A stretch of 62,447 nt of DNA, the filler included, from Choristocarpus tenellus KU-1152 (Eukaryota; Protista; Phaeophyceae): NCBI GenBank assembly GCA_964200185.2. It is 13 parts of 13 records of this genome, joined end to end, with 100 filler letters (N's around TTAATTAATTAA, not from the genome) between each part and the next. Parts side by side here need not be neighbours in the genome. Positions count along the whole stretch, not along the records: positions 26,024 to 34,253 come from CAXNAD020004966.1; positions 34,354 to 37,583 come from CAXNAD020021384.1; positions 37,684 to 41,486 come from CAXNAD020017836.1; 10 more parts are not named here. One strand, 5' to 3'. The translations under genes and the position numbers were made by a program. Position 1 is the first letter of the stretch; every line of letters starts with the position of its first letter. This document shows, piece after piece, positions 26,492 to 40,853 of this stretch. The notes beneath the pieces were generated by a model. The model was not told where the DNA came from and ran no database searches. It saw only the letters and a program-made list of their open reading frames with translations.

Positions 26492-26715
26492 GCTCCAAAG
26501 TATCTTAGAGGGTAGAGTTGCGTCCATTTAGGGGTCAAAATCCAACGTTGCGATTTTGATGTAATTTTGGCTATCGAGTTTGTTAGGAAGTGTCAATATC
26601 TATGTTTCGGATACACCTTTTCATAACGCACACATTTTGCCAACTCCGAAACATTTTGGAGTAGGAAAATATCATTAAAAAAAAACATTGAAAGCCAAGC
26701 CCCAAACTGACAAAG
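26492..26715. mobile_element. MITE family A, copy lacking the distal terminus
   Basis: CCAAAGTATCTTAGAGGGTAG... colinear with the family consensus to ~26715. Confidence 0.88.
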
Positions 26716-28559
26716 TGTGACTTGGTCTACTCTCCACTGGTGATCCTCCACAGTCATGACAGCCCGCCATCTCAGACTTTGCACGCATCCCAATCTGTAT
26801 GTGAACTAAGCCTTGTCCAGAGGGATTATCACATGGGTCATTCCTGGGCAAGGCACGGAGCTTGCAAGTGTTTTGATACACTTAATTCCGAACGTAAGAA
26901 GTATATAGAACTGGAAGGGTTAGGGTTACAGGTGTTTTCGTCCTTGAATAGTGATCATGAACACAATGATATGTTGACTGAATAGGCCGGCGTGGAATTT
27001 TGTTTTTCTAGACTTCCCAACATGTCTATGTTGTACGTAGTAAGAAGGTATTATGGTGGAGGTTTTGTCGATTATGTGGGTGAAAAATAATGAAAATATG
27101 ATAATTTTTGAAACTATTTCTAAGCTCTTTGACATCTTCAACAAAGAGAATGAATTTAGTGGAAGAAGAGGTTTTCATTAATTGAAACAGTTTGTTGCAT
27201 CATCCCTGAGCGTGATCTTTTTGGAAAGATGATAATTTTGTAGATTATATATATGGCATTGGCTTTTTTTGGAATAGGAAAATGAAGTTTTGTTGACCAT
27301 TTAGCATCTAGAAGAATCTTCACATATACAATGCACCAGTCACCGCAACAACAGAATGGGACAGGTAGAGCAGGGCAATGATCTTCTTTATTGGCCTTAA
27401 AATGCCAACAGCGCACATGGATATGCACAACACGGCATGAGATTTAGCGTCATTTCAACAAGCTCCTCACCAGTGATCAACTACAGCATGCATGAGAATT
27501 CAATTTCAGTTCCTTTTTCCAGAACTCACTAGCCAACAAATTCCGTTTCTAGTAAACGCCACCCTGGGTTTCAATAACCGACACTGGTCTCAAAAGATCC
27601 TGTTATTTCTTATGCACAGCGATGATGCAATCAAGTGATACAGGTTCTATGAAATAAAATAATACTCTGTTTTATCCATCAGTAGTGATGGCGCCTATTC
27701 AAATCATTTTGCATTCCACAACAATAGAAAATACTATGAACCACCCTTCAGGGCACGCACTAGCAGGTTCAAATTAAATATGTTGAAACTAAATAAAATA
27801 GTCACAATGACTATCCAATATTGTCCTGCATTCACCAAAAGAAGATTCCGCACAAATCCTAAATTAATACAAGCAGTTCAAGTAAACTATACATTCCTTC
27901 TCGCTCATTCCACTCACATGGAGAGATCACACATGCTTAAACGCACTTGCACATACAGTCACACACAGATGATACTTGCCTATAGCAGAACAAGACACTA
28001 CTACATGGAAGTACTACTTTGACTTGCCACCTATAGTAGCCATGACCAACCATTGAGGCATGTCTGTTTTAAAGTTGTAAAAAGGAGCAAACAAAGCTCC
28101 AAGAAAATGTTTTGACTACCAGTCCTCCACCCACCCAAAGTTACAGTGGCGACATTTTCCTCAACACAATCCACAAAAAAGCACAGCAAATCGCCTGGCA
28201 TCCTGGGGAAGGTGAAGCAGGAGACTAGAAGCTTCAGAGGTACATGAGGTAATCTCAGAGGGGGCACCCTGTCAATCTTAAAGGACAAACACACACTCTC
28301 ACTAACAACTTGACAGCAACATTAAATTCCACTCCCTATCATCAGCCTACACTTTTTTTCACACACCAACTCATTTCCTCTAACATTGTTTCGTGGCCAG
28401 TGTACTGATCTAGAGCCCTAGCCCTGAAACATTAGTTACTCAGGTAGACTTTGTGGTAAAACAGTCTTACAGAACTGTGTCCCCTCCATTCTAGGCTAAG
28501 AAAAAAAAAGTCCAGTAAAGATTGCTGCTGCTTGGTAATACTAGCTCTTACTATCAAAA

Positions 28560-31500
28560 CTATAACTGGACTTCTTCTGGATCGCTGATGGGCACAAAGG
28601 CAGTTCCGTTCAATAACGCCTCCTCCTCAGCAGTGCACCAACGTCCAAAGGAGGAAGCGTACCTCATACACGACCCGTTATTGACCTTATATTTGTAAAT
28701 GTATTAAAAACAATGAAAAAAAAGAGTAAGGATGGGAAGGCAGGGGGCAGTCAATATGTCTTGAGGGATGAGAGACAGAAGGGAGTCTTGTAGACCTTAA
28801 GTTCTGTCCCTTCTCAACACTTAGAGCGCAGGGCTTACCCTTGTTTGGAATTTGGTGGAGTTATATTATGATTACCTTGCATTTATAGTAAGTCAGGGTG
28901 GTTACAACTGTGAGACTACTTTCAATGGCATGAAGTCTTGACCACCTTACATAAAAAAAAATGAAGGATTTCCCGCACCATTAAAAGCATTACTTTGGAG
29001 CATTGAAGCATGCATACAGCTGCAAATTTCTAATAATATTCCCTAAGGCACTGTGCTCAATGGTGCGAGCAAGCCCTGCTTACCCCCAAAGCGATTATAG
29101 CATGGCATGGTTCACTTATTCCAACAATATTGTTCTCTCATTGGGTGACGTGACATTAAGGACTTGACTCATAGTCGTGAGAGGAAATATTTGAGTTTTT
29201 CCTACATTCAATATTAGTTTCTACACAACATTGTTCTATGCAGTACTTTGAAAAGTTAGAAAACATGGCCCATACTATAACCCTAACCCTAACCCTAACA
29301 CTAAAATGCAACTTTAGAGTAATTTGATCGTGAATGGCAAAATTTGCAAGTACTTCCTACTGTGCATATTATAGACAAAAATATCTGCACTAAACAATTG
29401 GTTTTCTGTTTATGTGTGTGTCTCTGGTTTGTATGGTGGAATCCAAAGCATGCCGCTATACTTGGCCATGATACTACGATATGCATGAACTCTTCGAAAA
29501 CCACCTCCACCTTTTCTCTCTCCAAGAAAGTGGAACACACAACTTGTGCCTTCAACCCATACTAGTGAAAAACACATTTTTGTTCAGCTTTTGTGCCATC
29601 ATGCATAGTGCAGTTGGGTAAAACATTGAAATACAAATGTTCCAAATCCCAAATTGCTTATACTTATATGACACTAATGCAACAACTGAAGTGGGATCAA
29701 CCCTTGATCGCATTTCCATGTATCCATTATGCTTGAAAGCAGTATTCACTAAAGTTCACTGGTGCATGAATACCACAACAATTTCTAGCATAGTCATAGA
29801 ACACCCCTTACCAAACTGCAATAATGTGCATAATATTACTATCACATTAGGCACTAGAACATAGTAATACTAACTAGTATGATAGTAGAATACATGATAA
29901 AAAAAATAAGATGAAAATTTCAAGAGAAGGGTACGCATGTGCTGGATTGAACTATGAAAATGGTCTTTCTCAACCAAATTTACTCAAAAACGACCCTAGT
30001 AATACATATACAAGCACAATAGCGTACGAATATGTTAAAAAAAAAACACCACAAAAGCATAATCAAGTTTGTACTGAAGTCTAAGATGGGGGGCTTGAGG
30101 TGGTGGAGCAGGGTGGGCATGTCCTCCCTCAAAAGTGCAAGTAACTTTTGTACATACATGAATATGTGAATATATGAATATGTGAAAGGTATCTACGGTA
30201 GAATAATTTAGGGTTAGGGTTGTGGGCCAAAGAAATTATGATCAGAGACAAAATCAGCCCAAAAAATGTTCCTTATGTTTCATTGGAATCAAAGCGCACG
30301 TGAAACGCCAACCTCTACTGCAAACTCTTTATCAGGCATAGCAGGCAGCACACAAACTCCTAAAAACGTAATAGCAAATACATTGAAAACTTTTAAATAA
30401 TAATATTGACTACGATTTTGATCACTACTAACATAGGAGTGATAGTATATATATATATATATGTCCCCCCTCTAGGATTTTGACTTAAATTGTCTTTTCC
30501 TTAAAAAAATCTCACCGTCATCAACACCTCTTCAGAAATTCTGTTGTTTCGGAACAGATTCACCCTTGAACCGTCTCCAAACATTAACCCCCCAATATCG
30601 GAGAATATATTCATCGTCACGAAGTTGAAGTCAGAGCCGAGAAAGGTCACTCCCCTTCCAGCCGTCCTGAATACATTGTTAAAGACCACATTGTTACGCG
30701 GCCTATCGGAGACTGCGCTGGCACCATTCTTTGTTGCCTCCTCTGCATCATACCGCCTGTTGTTTTTTGAATTGAGGAAGACAGAGGAGGAGCCCAGATA
30801 ACACGACATTGGCACCGGGTAGTAGGGTACCAAATGTGAGGTAGGGTTAGGGTTAGGGTGTAAGCGAAGTCGTAAAGTGTGATGTGAATCAAGCGAGCAG
30901 GCTATCCTATTGACATTCACAGTCATTTAGTTGCTATGAGGAATGAGGTATATTGCTGATGGTACAAGCTGAATTTGAGATATCATTGAGGAGATACTCC
31001 ACAGCAGTCACATTGTAAAGATTAATTCTAAACTGCGACCATTAACATATCTGAGTAACACAACATCCCAACATCCCCTTCAGGTATTGACCACAAATAA
31101 TCTATGATTGTCAGGATTCGCAGGAGTCACCGTCTTTGACCAAAAAAATGTCAAATTGCCTTCCCAATCACTTACACCACAAAAAATAAAAGGGGAACCT
31201 AGACATAAAGAACAAAAAATTACTAATGAGTGAATATATATTTATTTCTTCAAGTACTCACTTGTTGGACTGCCGAGAACGCAATACACACACACCCTCA
31301 ATAAATGAAGTCGGTTGATGAGCCATCTACTAACCAAATCATCGAACCAATCAGTCAATAATACTTCAAGCCCACAGGCATTTTCAAATGATGTCAAGGG
31401 GATGAAAGAAACCGACCAGGGAACACAGCAAACATCACAATGAGTCACTATCACTTACAGCAAAACTATTGCATTCACCAGAAAATAACCGGGTGTCAAG

Positions 31501-33078
31501 ATATACACAGAACATGCCATTAAATCAGTTATTTTTGCCTCTGTTAAATTCATGGAGGACACACAGCACACAGATGTGTGATAAATGGATGAAAAGCACT
31601 ACTACCCAGTCAACCAGCTTTCTTAGAAAATCTACCCTGCAGAGATAGCGATCATTTGCTAGATGCACTACTAGATTCAGATTCCTGAATCTAGAAAGCG
31701 GGCACAATAAACTCAAATGGAGGTACTCTTTACTTTGCAGTGAGACTGACAGGTTACCAGCGGAGACAGCATGCTACACATACTAACAATCAACGAATAG
31801 GAAGCACGCAAGACTTACACCAACGAAATGAATGCACTGTACAACAAAAATACATGTAAGAATATCTGAGTCAAAAGTAAATGAGAGTAACCCAGAGTTG
31901 CAGTTGAAGAAAGCTGAGAAATATGAGCAAATTTGACTCTCTTTACAAATGTTTACTGAAGGTTTTTTATTTTTGTGGAAATTTTCAAATAATTGAGAAA
32001 TCAACATTCCAGAGTCAAAATTAGCCCTCCATCCGTAGAAATATGGGTAAATTCCATGATCGTTGGTTGCTGTTAATTACCAGAAACCTGAGCGGCTATA
32101 ATGCCCACTTCTTCATATTGTTCAATATAATTTTGAGTGATGGAACATGCTGCACTATGTCAGAGAGACGTCTAAACATGACATGTTCTTGTTCTCTTAT
32201 TTCTCTTTGTCTCCTCACATGTACAGTGCAGATAGCCCCGATGTTCGTATTGTGTTATTGAATATCTTATTACTCCAGGAACCAGACAGAAGTGAGACTC
32301 CATAGTCATAGCCATGGACCAGGTTATCCATGATCTGCAACAACAAACAGCAAAAGTTTTGTTCAAAAAAAAATTGTATTACCGAGCAGAAAAAATGCTT
32401 TACACTTTTTTTTTTTATAGCTATGTGGGATGAAAAGAAATTTTTTAATAAGTGGTACATGATATAACCTGGAAAAAAAAGTAAAATGTTGACAAAAAAT
32501 ATATCAAGGATGTTTTTAAAATAGTAGAATACTCAAGTAATATTCTTATTTATAAATCAGTAGTACAAGCATAGTATTGTTGAACCCCTTACCTTTGGAA
32601 CAAAGATAGAAAAAAGAAGTAAATTGCATAAGCCCTGCACCTATTCCAAGTACTCTTTAAAAGGATTTACGGTCAATGAAATCTGATGAAATTATTATAT
32701 CAAACGCTAGCCTGTGCAGTCAGTAGCAAGGTTTCATCTATTATCTTCATTATTCTCACTTCAGGTACCAGGAGAACCAACATTTGCCGTGGTAGCTCAG
32801 TTTTTAAGGACTTTTATGAAGATAGAGGTTGGCGAAAATCAATATAAAGTGGATAAAATGCATCGTTTTGTGTCCCACCTGAGCACTACTAGAGTTCAGG
32901 AGCTCCAGACCAGTCACCCTGGAGCCATCGCCGCTGTTCCCATTGCAAACATTCCATGTTATAGAGGCGTTCCCACAGTCATCATGGAGGGACACACAAG
33001 TTCCATTATTCGCTTGGAGAAAGTTTCCCGTGATAGAGGCGTTTCTACACTGGTGCATCAATGAAATGCCATCACCAC
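28560..33078 (-). CDS. Spliced gene encoding a right-handed parallel beta-helix (pectin-lyase-like fold) protein, partial. Exons incl. 32879-33078, 32219-32334, ~32071-32155, ~30517-30755, terminal 28560-28685
   Basis: Repeated PbH1-like turns: GDGISL..CRNASITGNFLQANNGTCVSL..CGNASITWNVCNGN, IMDNLVHGYDYGVSLLSGSWSNKIFNNTI, NNVVFNNVFRTAGRGVTFLGSDFNFVTMNIF. GT-AG borders. Further exons are likely unresolved. Confidence 0.7.
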
Positions 33079-34573
33079 CTTGATCATTGATCAAGATTAT
33101 GGAATGTGGAGCAAGAAGGTGTATGGGGAAGGGGAGCAGGCGGGAATGAGATGCTGTTCTTAGGGTTAGGGTTAGAGATATAGGTGAATAGTGTGAACAA
33201 AATTCTAGAATACATCTAATACTCCTATATAGTGAGGAAACTCCATCTGGTTCTCTCATTTCAGGAAAAAATATTTTAGGGGGGGGGAGCTATAAAAAAA
33301 AAAAACTTGCGCACATTGTAGCAGCGTAACAACCAAAACAAAAAGGGCACCATATGTTACATTTGCACCAATGGGTGAGATGGCTTTGGATAGGGCGGTT
33401 TAAAGAACACAAAAGAGTTGCAATGGTCCGTATCATGCTACTCGGGATTGACTGTGACTACTAATACTCAAACAACATTGGCGAACATTTAAGAGTCCAA
33501 TTGGTATCAAGTCATGGTCAGAAATAAATCATACTTGTGAACAACATCCAAAATAGACCAGCCAGCTCTGAAAAAAATGGTCTAAACTACAAAGGCATGA
33601 CTCTGACCTGAGTGTGTGGTGATTAAGAGTGTTACAGATAAAAATATTGTTTGTGGCGAACAAAAGCATCAAGAGAAAGAGACAACAGTCTCAGCAGAAC
33701 ATACCCATGGCAAAACAACATCTCTCCACCATCCCGAAGCCTGGAAAAAAATACTCAGAATGACCTCACTGGCCATGCAGTTGTCAAAATTATTGGAACA
33801 TTATGCTGGCATCTCTACCCAGACAGCCACTCTCAAAAACTAGCAAAACTGCTAGGTAAGCTTTTTTCCCCATGAAAAGCGGCAAAAGCGGTCAAACAGG
33901 CAGCATTTTTCTTGTCACCAGAGAAGCGATATAATGCATGCATAATGCATACAGAACCACTCCATTTGAACTACAATTCCTACAGGCAGGCTGTTTGCAA
34001 TCAGCATACTGATAACATGGACAACCAGACTGGAATAGGTGAGGAAACACACGATACCGGGATACCCATTAAATTCTCACAGCTGAATGTATACATATTA
34101 TGGCAACTTCCCACATGTATTGAAACAGTCAAATTCTTGGTCGTGTACCAAAACATGTCATCGAGGGCCAGAGGGTCACAGGAGCAGGGTGCATGCCTGC
34201 CAGGCAGACATGAGGTTGTGCCAGGGGAACACAGCCACTAGCAAGAGTTGAACNNNNNNNNNNNNNNNNNNNNNNNNNNNNNNNNNNNNNNNNNNNNTTA
34301 ATTAATTAANNNNNNNNNNNNNNNNNNNNNNNNNNNNNNNNNNNNNNNNNNNNTGATGGGTGGTATAGCCTTGCTGCATTTTTTTTCTTTTTGATGTTGT
34401 GCCCTCCTCCTCTCCCCCCCCCCTCCCCCCCCTCCTCTCCCAACTTAGATTCAAAGTATAGCACATTGTTTTTACCAGGTGTATGCTTCCTTAACTCTCT
34501 TCGGAGCACTTGTTAGTTGATCCCCCTCCCCTCCACCTCCCCCCCCCTGTGGCCGTGCATGATGTGTCATCAG

Positions 34574-35794
34574 GCTTGAAAAGGAAGAGGTGGAAACAAA
34601 GCTTAAACAGGGAGCACTGGAGCTGGAGACAACTAAGCGACACCAACTGTGAGAGGCCACTGTGTAGCTTATGCAGGATGTGGTGATAATGATGGGATGG
34701 AGGGAGGCCTTGAAATGAAAATGGAGGATGTTGATGATTTGTTAGTGTTGGTGTTTGCTGCGATGTGTGCAAAGGATACCTCTATTTTTTTCATTTTTAC
34801 CTTGAAGTAGTGGTTAGGGTTAGGATCATTTCCAAGTACTTGTCTAATGAACTCAGTACTTTTTTGAGAGCCCATGTATCCTGTTGGGGGGGTGGGGGGG
34901 GGTGGTGGTGGTGAGGGGGGGTGATAATTTTCAGTTTACTGCAAGGGTGTGTATGAGTGTGTGCGTGTGTGCGTGTGTGTTTGTGTGTGTGTGTGATGCC
35001 TGGCAAAATATTTTCTGTTAGTGTGCCAATGTTAAGATTTACCTGCGTGAGGATTCTGTTAGTGTGCTCTGTAGAAGAAAGGACCCTGTCCTGTGGGTGG
35101 GATGTCCTTGTAATTTGTATTGGAGGATGTGAGGTCATAGATGTTGCAAACCAAGAGATGCTATTATTAACCCTAAGAGACCCCATTCACCGGGAATGAC
35201 TGTAGCGAGTATTATTTTTTCTAGCAATAAGAAAGTGCACTGCGAGCATACGCACGAGAGAACAATCTGCGTATCGAAACGCCTCAACCCTCACATCGAT
35301 TGATCTCATTGGTGTACGACTTGTTCAAGAGTTATGGGGAGAGAGACTAAATCGTTCCGATTCAATGGCCTGAATAATATCATGCCGACCCTTGATCCCA
35401 CTGCTGTGTCTTTGCTACAGTTTTCGTGTTCTTGAAGTCGAACAGGTTTGTGAGTCCTTGGGTGATAGATCTTTTGTGAGTTTTGGTATATGGTTTGTGG
35501 GCGTGTATGTCATTGCTTTTGGTGGTTGCGGGTTTGAACGCTTGAGATGCGTTTCGTGTAATGTCAGTTTTAGTGATACTTGCGAGGCTTTTTTCCTGCT
35601 CATCCGTCTTGTTGTTTTGTATGTGTACGGTACTTTTTGTTTTGTTTTGTTTTGTTTTGTTTTGTTCATTATTGTCTCGCCTCTTGTATGCCCGCTGCTG
35701 TGACAGGGAGATGGAGAGTAGGTTAGAAGAGGGGCTTCAAACCCTTGCGGGACAGGTTAAGAACTTGGCAAAAGGGTGAGAGAGTATGCATGAA

Positions 35795-35831
<37 letters not shown>

Positions 35832-36333
35832 TCATATTTTGGTATATCTCTTCTTTTTTTTGAGAAAGTTTGAAAATGTATAGTGCTTCAAGAGGAAGAC
35901 GAAATTTCATTTGCCACTGTTGCTATGGAGAGTTGTGTGGAGGATTTTTCTGTTCATCAATAGGCTCCTGATCATCTGGTACTAGTGTGTAGTGCTGTGA
36001 TTAGATCAGATGATGTCAATTAGATGATGTCAATGGAGGTGTGTATAGTACTTCATTGTTGTCAATTTTGGATTATGTGTTTGTGTGTCTTGTGTCTGCA
36101 TTTTTTTTTTTTCATGCTTGCCCCCTTTTTCTTTTTTAATGATTTTGTTGGTGTTGGTGTTGATGCTGATTGCGTTTCTTACTCTTGAGAGTACGTAAAA
36201 GAAAAAGAACAGAAGCTCTCGAGTTGAACACTCTGACTTCCGAAATAACTTATCTTGTTGATTGACAGTGTCTCAGGGATTTCTGTATCACATCGTGCAG
36301 TTTTCCACTTCTTTAAAGACTCAGTGGTTGGTG

Positions 36334-36371
<38 letters not shown>

Positions 36372-36680
36372 TCTCACCTTCCACTGCGCGCNNNNNNNNN
36401 NTTTCCCCCTTCCCCTTTTTCTTTTTTTTTTGGGGTGTGGTGTTGTTTTCCCCCCCCCCCCCCCCCCTTCTACTCCGCCCCCCTTTTTTTTAACTTTTGA
36501 TGATCGCAAACGCCATCCAAGAATAATATAACTTTCTTTTGTTTCTGTCTGTTGTGTAGCAGGCAGCGAGAGCCGGAGGGCCCCCCATCTCCAGAATCGG
36601 GGCAGCTGAGGGTGTTAGAGGGGCAGATTAAGGTGTTGATTTCGGAGGTCACACGAAGGGAAGCCCAGCAGACATTTTAA
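34574..36680 (+). CDS. 3' exons of an unidentified coiled-coil protein (~34574-34648, 35707-35776, 36562-36680)
   Basis: Short GC-richer exons with cAG/GTGAG borders: LEKEEVETKLKQGALELETTKRHQ, EMESRLEEGLQTLAGQVKNLAK, RQREPEGPPSPESGQLRVLEGQIKVLISEVTRREAQQTF*. Confidence 0.55.
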
Positions 36681-36750
36681 CTAAAGGCTGGGCAACCACC
36701 CTCTAGTCACTACTTCCCCCTTCCCCTTTTTGCAAGGCGTGGGGTAGACC

Positions 36751-36787
<37 letters not shown>

Positions 36788-37134
36788 GATTCGGGTAAGC
36801 CTCAGATGTACTGGTAAGATGGTTCATCGGGGAGAAATATATTTGATGCGGTATGTGTGTGCTTTGTCTGTTGTTGGGGGGTCTGTTGTTGGGGGAAGAG
36901 TTGAGCCGGGTTTGGTGTGAAGGTGTTAGGAGTTTTTTGGAAGGAGTGGGGCAAGGTTATGTGAGCTGACAATTGATGGGTGTTGTTTTTGTGAAGTGGA
37001 GACCTACTTTTGAGAGGTAGGTGTGATGGTGCTTTTTGCAGGGGGCTGTCAAGTGAAAAAGACTACGGGGGCAATGATTGAGCGCCTGAAGTGGGAATGG
37101 GAGATGGGGGCGTGGCTTGCAGAGGTGACTGCAG

Positions 37135-37166
<32 letters not shown>

Positions 37167-37550
37167 TTGGGGAAGGAGGAATGAGGTCATGACTACTCCG
37201 TGGGGCCCGTCGTAGCAATCGGCCGCATCCCTTTTATACAAGAAGCACCCTCTCTGTGTGTGCCTAGACGTGTTGCCGACTTTTGTAGTAGATTTTGTAG
37301 GCGTTTGTGCTGCCGTATCTACTGCGTCTCTCTTCTCTTTTTTTGCTCAATGGGGAGGGCTGTTTTTTCTGTTCTGATTTCGAGACCCCGCCCCTCGAGG
37401 GCGTTTTCTTGACCCTGTCTGACTTGTGTGTGTGGTCAAGAGAATTTGAGGGTTTGGGCTAGGAGCAAGAGGTGATGTTGTTCATTCATCAACGGATTGT
37501 CTTTTTCTTGGGGGGGGGGGGGGGGGGGGGGGCCACCGCCCCCGGGTCGT

Positions 37551-37581
<31 letters not shown>

Positions 37582-37683
37582 GGNNNNNNNNNNNNNNNNN
37601 NNNNNNNNNNNNNNNNNNNNNNNNNNNTTAATTAATTAANNNNNNNNNNNNNNNNNNNNNNNNNNNNNNNNNNNNNNNNNNNN

Positions 37684-40600
37684 CCCACCAACAGTCCCTC
37701 CTGCCACCCCACCCTCCCCATTCGCCGCCACCAAGGTCACAGAATCCACTTTACCCCCCCTGTCCCCTGCAATTCCTCTGCCTCCTAGTTTAGCTCTTAC
37801 AAGCTTCCCTCTCCCTGTGGCAGGACCCACCATGCCAAACCCTTCCCCAATAACAGCATGGGGCCTCTCACCACCACCCTCCTTGTTAGTGGAGGCATGG
37901 CACAGATCAGAGGAGGCAACAGCAGAGGGATACTTCGGTGCAACAGGAACAAAGTCTTTGTCCATGTGTTTATCATCTTCAACAATATGCCCCTCAAGAC
38001 CTGCAAGTTCTCTCTCAAGGTGCTTCCCCCTGGAGCTCACTGGCTCTATAAATCGGAGGCGCTCAGCAATGTCCACAAGAGACTGCACAAAAGTTAGCTG
38101 TTCCTCAAAGTACCTGTTAGTTTTGTTGTGAGAAGGCAAGTGTTTTGTCCATTCTTGAGGATCCACATTACTAAGTGTGTGCAGGTTGGAGCTAGGCTTG
38201 AAACGTTTCCTTACCATGGGTAATTGACACCTTGAGTGTAAACAGGTATGTTTAGGACTGAGGCATTAAGGTGTATTTATGGGAGGAGAGTCAAGAAAGT
38301 GCCTGCAGAAGGGCTGGCGAGAGCAGGGAGGATAGAAAGTAACTGCCGTAGTGAGAGACAGGCTGCATAAGTATCACCACACCATCACATGCACTTCCTT
38401 CATGGGGGCTACTAACACCCCTCACTCCCCACGCCCCTTCACACATGATGCACGCTACAACTGTCTCAAGACATACACAAAACAAAGGCACTATATTCTT
38501 CCTCGTCACCAACCTACAAAGCATGTACCACATCACATCATACCTTGCTGCATCAACACCGTCCTCACCGCCTCCCTTCTTCCCACCAAACCCCACACCA
38601 CCATTGGCAGTGCCACCACCACCAACAACACCACCAGTCACTCCCCCTCCCCCTCCCCCTCCCCCTCCATAGTCATCAATGAGAAGCTTTGCCTTGTAGG
38701 GCATACCAAGCTGTCCAGCAATTGCCCTCCTCGCCCCCCGTAACAGCAACAGTTCATCCCCCACCAGGGATGACTGCGCTCCTGTGGGTTGCACAAGCGT
38801 CCTCATGAGGCTACGTTGCAGGGGTATGTCCTCTTCCTCCCCATCATCATCATTGCCATCCACCTCCTCATCGTCACCCCAAGGGCTTTGCCACCGCTCC
38901 CCCCAATCACGCCCTTCCCCCCTTCCAACTGCCTGCCTGGGGACTGATACCTTTGAAGTTCTGTGAGGGCTTACTGACAGAGCCTTTGATGTTGTAACCC
39001 TCAAGGAGGATGACGACGGAGACATTGAGCTACACCGGTGAGGCAAAGGCCGTCGCTGCCCACTGTGATTCCCCCCCAACACACCCTCCCTCCCCTCTCC
39101 CCAACTTAATTTGCTTCCACTGGAGAGATTGAGATCCTGAAAAGAAGAGAGTGGGTCATAGGCGGGAGACCCTGCTGCTTGTGCTGTTGGCTTTGTCTTT
39201 CCCTCACAGGTGCTCTGACTCCAGGCAGCACGGGCCAACATGATGTCTTCTACCTCCATGGCAAGGCGTATCAGGTGAGCCTGATGTGGTTGTCGTTGTG
39301 TGAAGTCAAGTGTGGGGTGGAGACATCATGATTTCAAGCTGGGCATGCACTTTGCAATGGAGACGGATGCGTTTATGCGGGGAGTAGGAGGGGGGGGGAG
39401 AGGAATGCTCTGGAGATCATGCCATTGAGCACAGCAGGAGAGTTTACATATGGCACAACACACCCTTTCCTTCCTATAACTTAACTTACCTTCTTCAACT
39501 GAGACCAAAGGCTCCAATAACACACACATAATTACATACACATGCTACACACCAGAAAATCCAGGCATACACATATCCTTCCCTACCAACTCTCTCCTCC
39601 CCACCAGCACAACATACAATTCCACCACCCCACTACATTCCCCCTCTCCCCGCCAGCATGAATTAGTACACATGAAAATGTTGGTACCTGCTTTCCCACA
39701 GAGCCCTTCCCCCCACCCTGGGCCCCAGCTGTCGCAAGTGCCCCAAGATCTTCCAGGTAGCTTTTTAACCACCTAAGTGAGCATGTGGCAAATGAGGTTC
39801 AAAAGGTGCAGCTAGCTGTGTGTTGACACCAGTGCCCAACCAAGCATACCAAAGAGACAAGGAGCTAGTAAGGGCACAAGACAGGGAGCACAATTCAAGC
39901 ATGGATGGCATTTCAGACCCCCAGACTTCAAGGGGATGAGAGGAGCGTAGCAGCTTGCAAATAAACTATATACCTAGAGTGGGACATAGGATGTTGAGTA
40001 TGGATTGGAAACGGCATCATGGGCAACAAGATGGCACCTCCTCCCTAAAAACACCAACAGGATGAATGTGAGAGAGAACCATGTGACATTGAACCAAGGT
40101 GCCCTTCTCTTGGGGATAGCATCCTCTTCCCACTTACGCCCACTTACATTACAGCTAAAAAGTGACCTCTTCCACTCTTGGGTGTGATGCAAACAATCAT
40201 ATTTCAAATTTGTAATCAGCAGGTGCCTAATTGCCTTGAAAGCGTCACCCTAACCCTAAACATCCAAACACAACCACTCTGTGTTGTGCTGTACTGCTCA
40301 ACAAAACACCCCTCCCAAACCACCACTGAAGGGCAGAGGTCGGAACCCATCTGCTTCATGCTCTGCCTTGCTCATGTGACCTCCCCGTGGCCATTAAGAA
40401 AGTCCCCCCAACTCCTTCCCAAAATCCATGAGGAGTTGAGAAAGAAAGTCCCCCCACCATGCCACCACTACCAGCAAACCTTGCAGAACTCTTATCCATG
40501 AAAATGCAACAGGCATGGGAGAACACCATCAAAGCAACAGACAAACAGGTACCCAACATTGGTAGAACCTCAAGACTAACTCAAGATAGAACAACACATT

Positions 40601-40822
40601 TCATCCTTCATGTCAGGAGGCTCCATCACAACCCCAAGCCCACCCACGCCCTGCCCTTGTTATCCTGTTGTGACGCTGTTCTGTCTCTCACCATACAAGC
40701 TTCACCGCCAGGTGAGGACTCCGTAGTGACATGGTCACAAGGAAGTCTTCCAGCAGCTCCATTTTCAGTACTCCCTCCAAGGACGTCGCTGGGACAAGAA
40801 GGTACATAGTGTGAACCACCTA

Positions 40823-40853
<31 letters not shown>

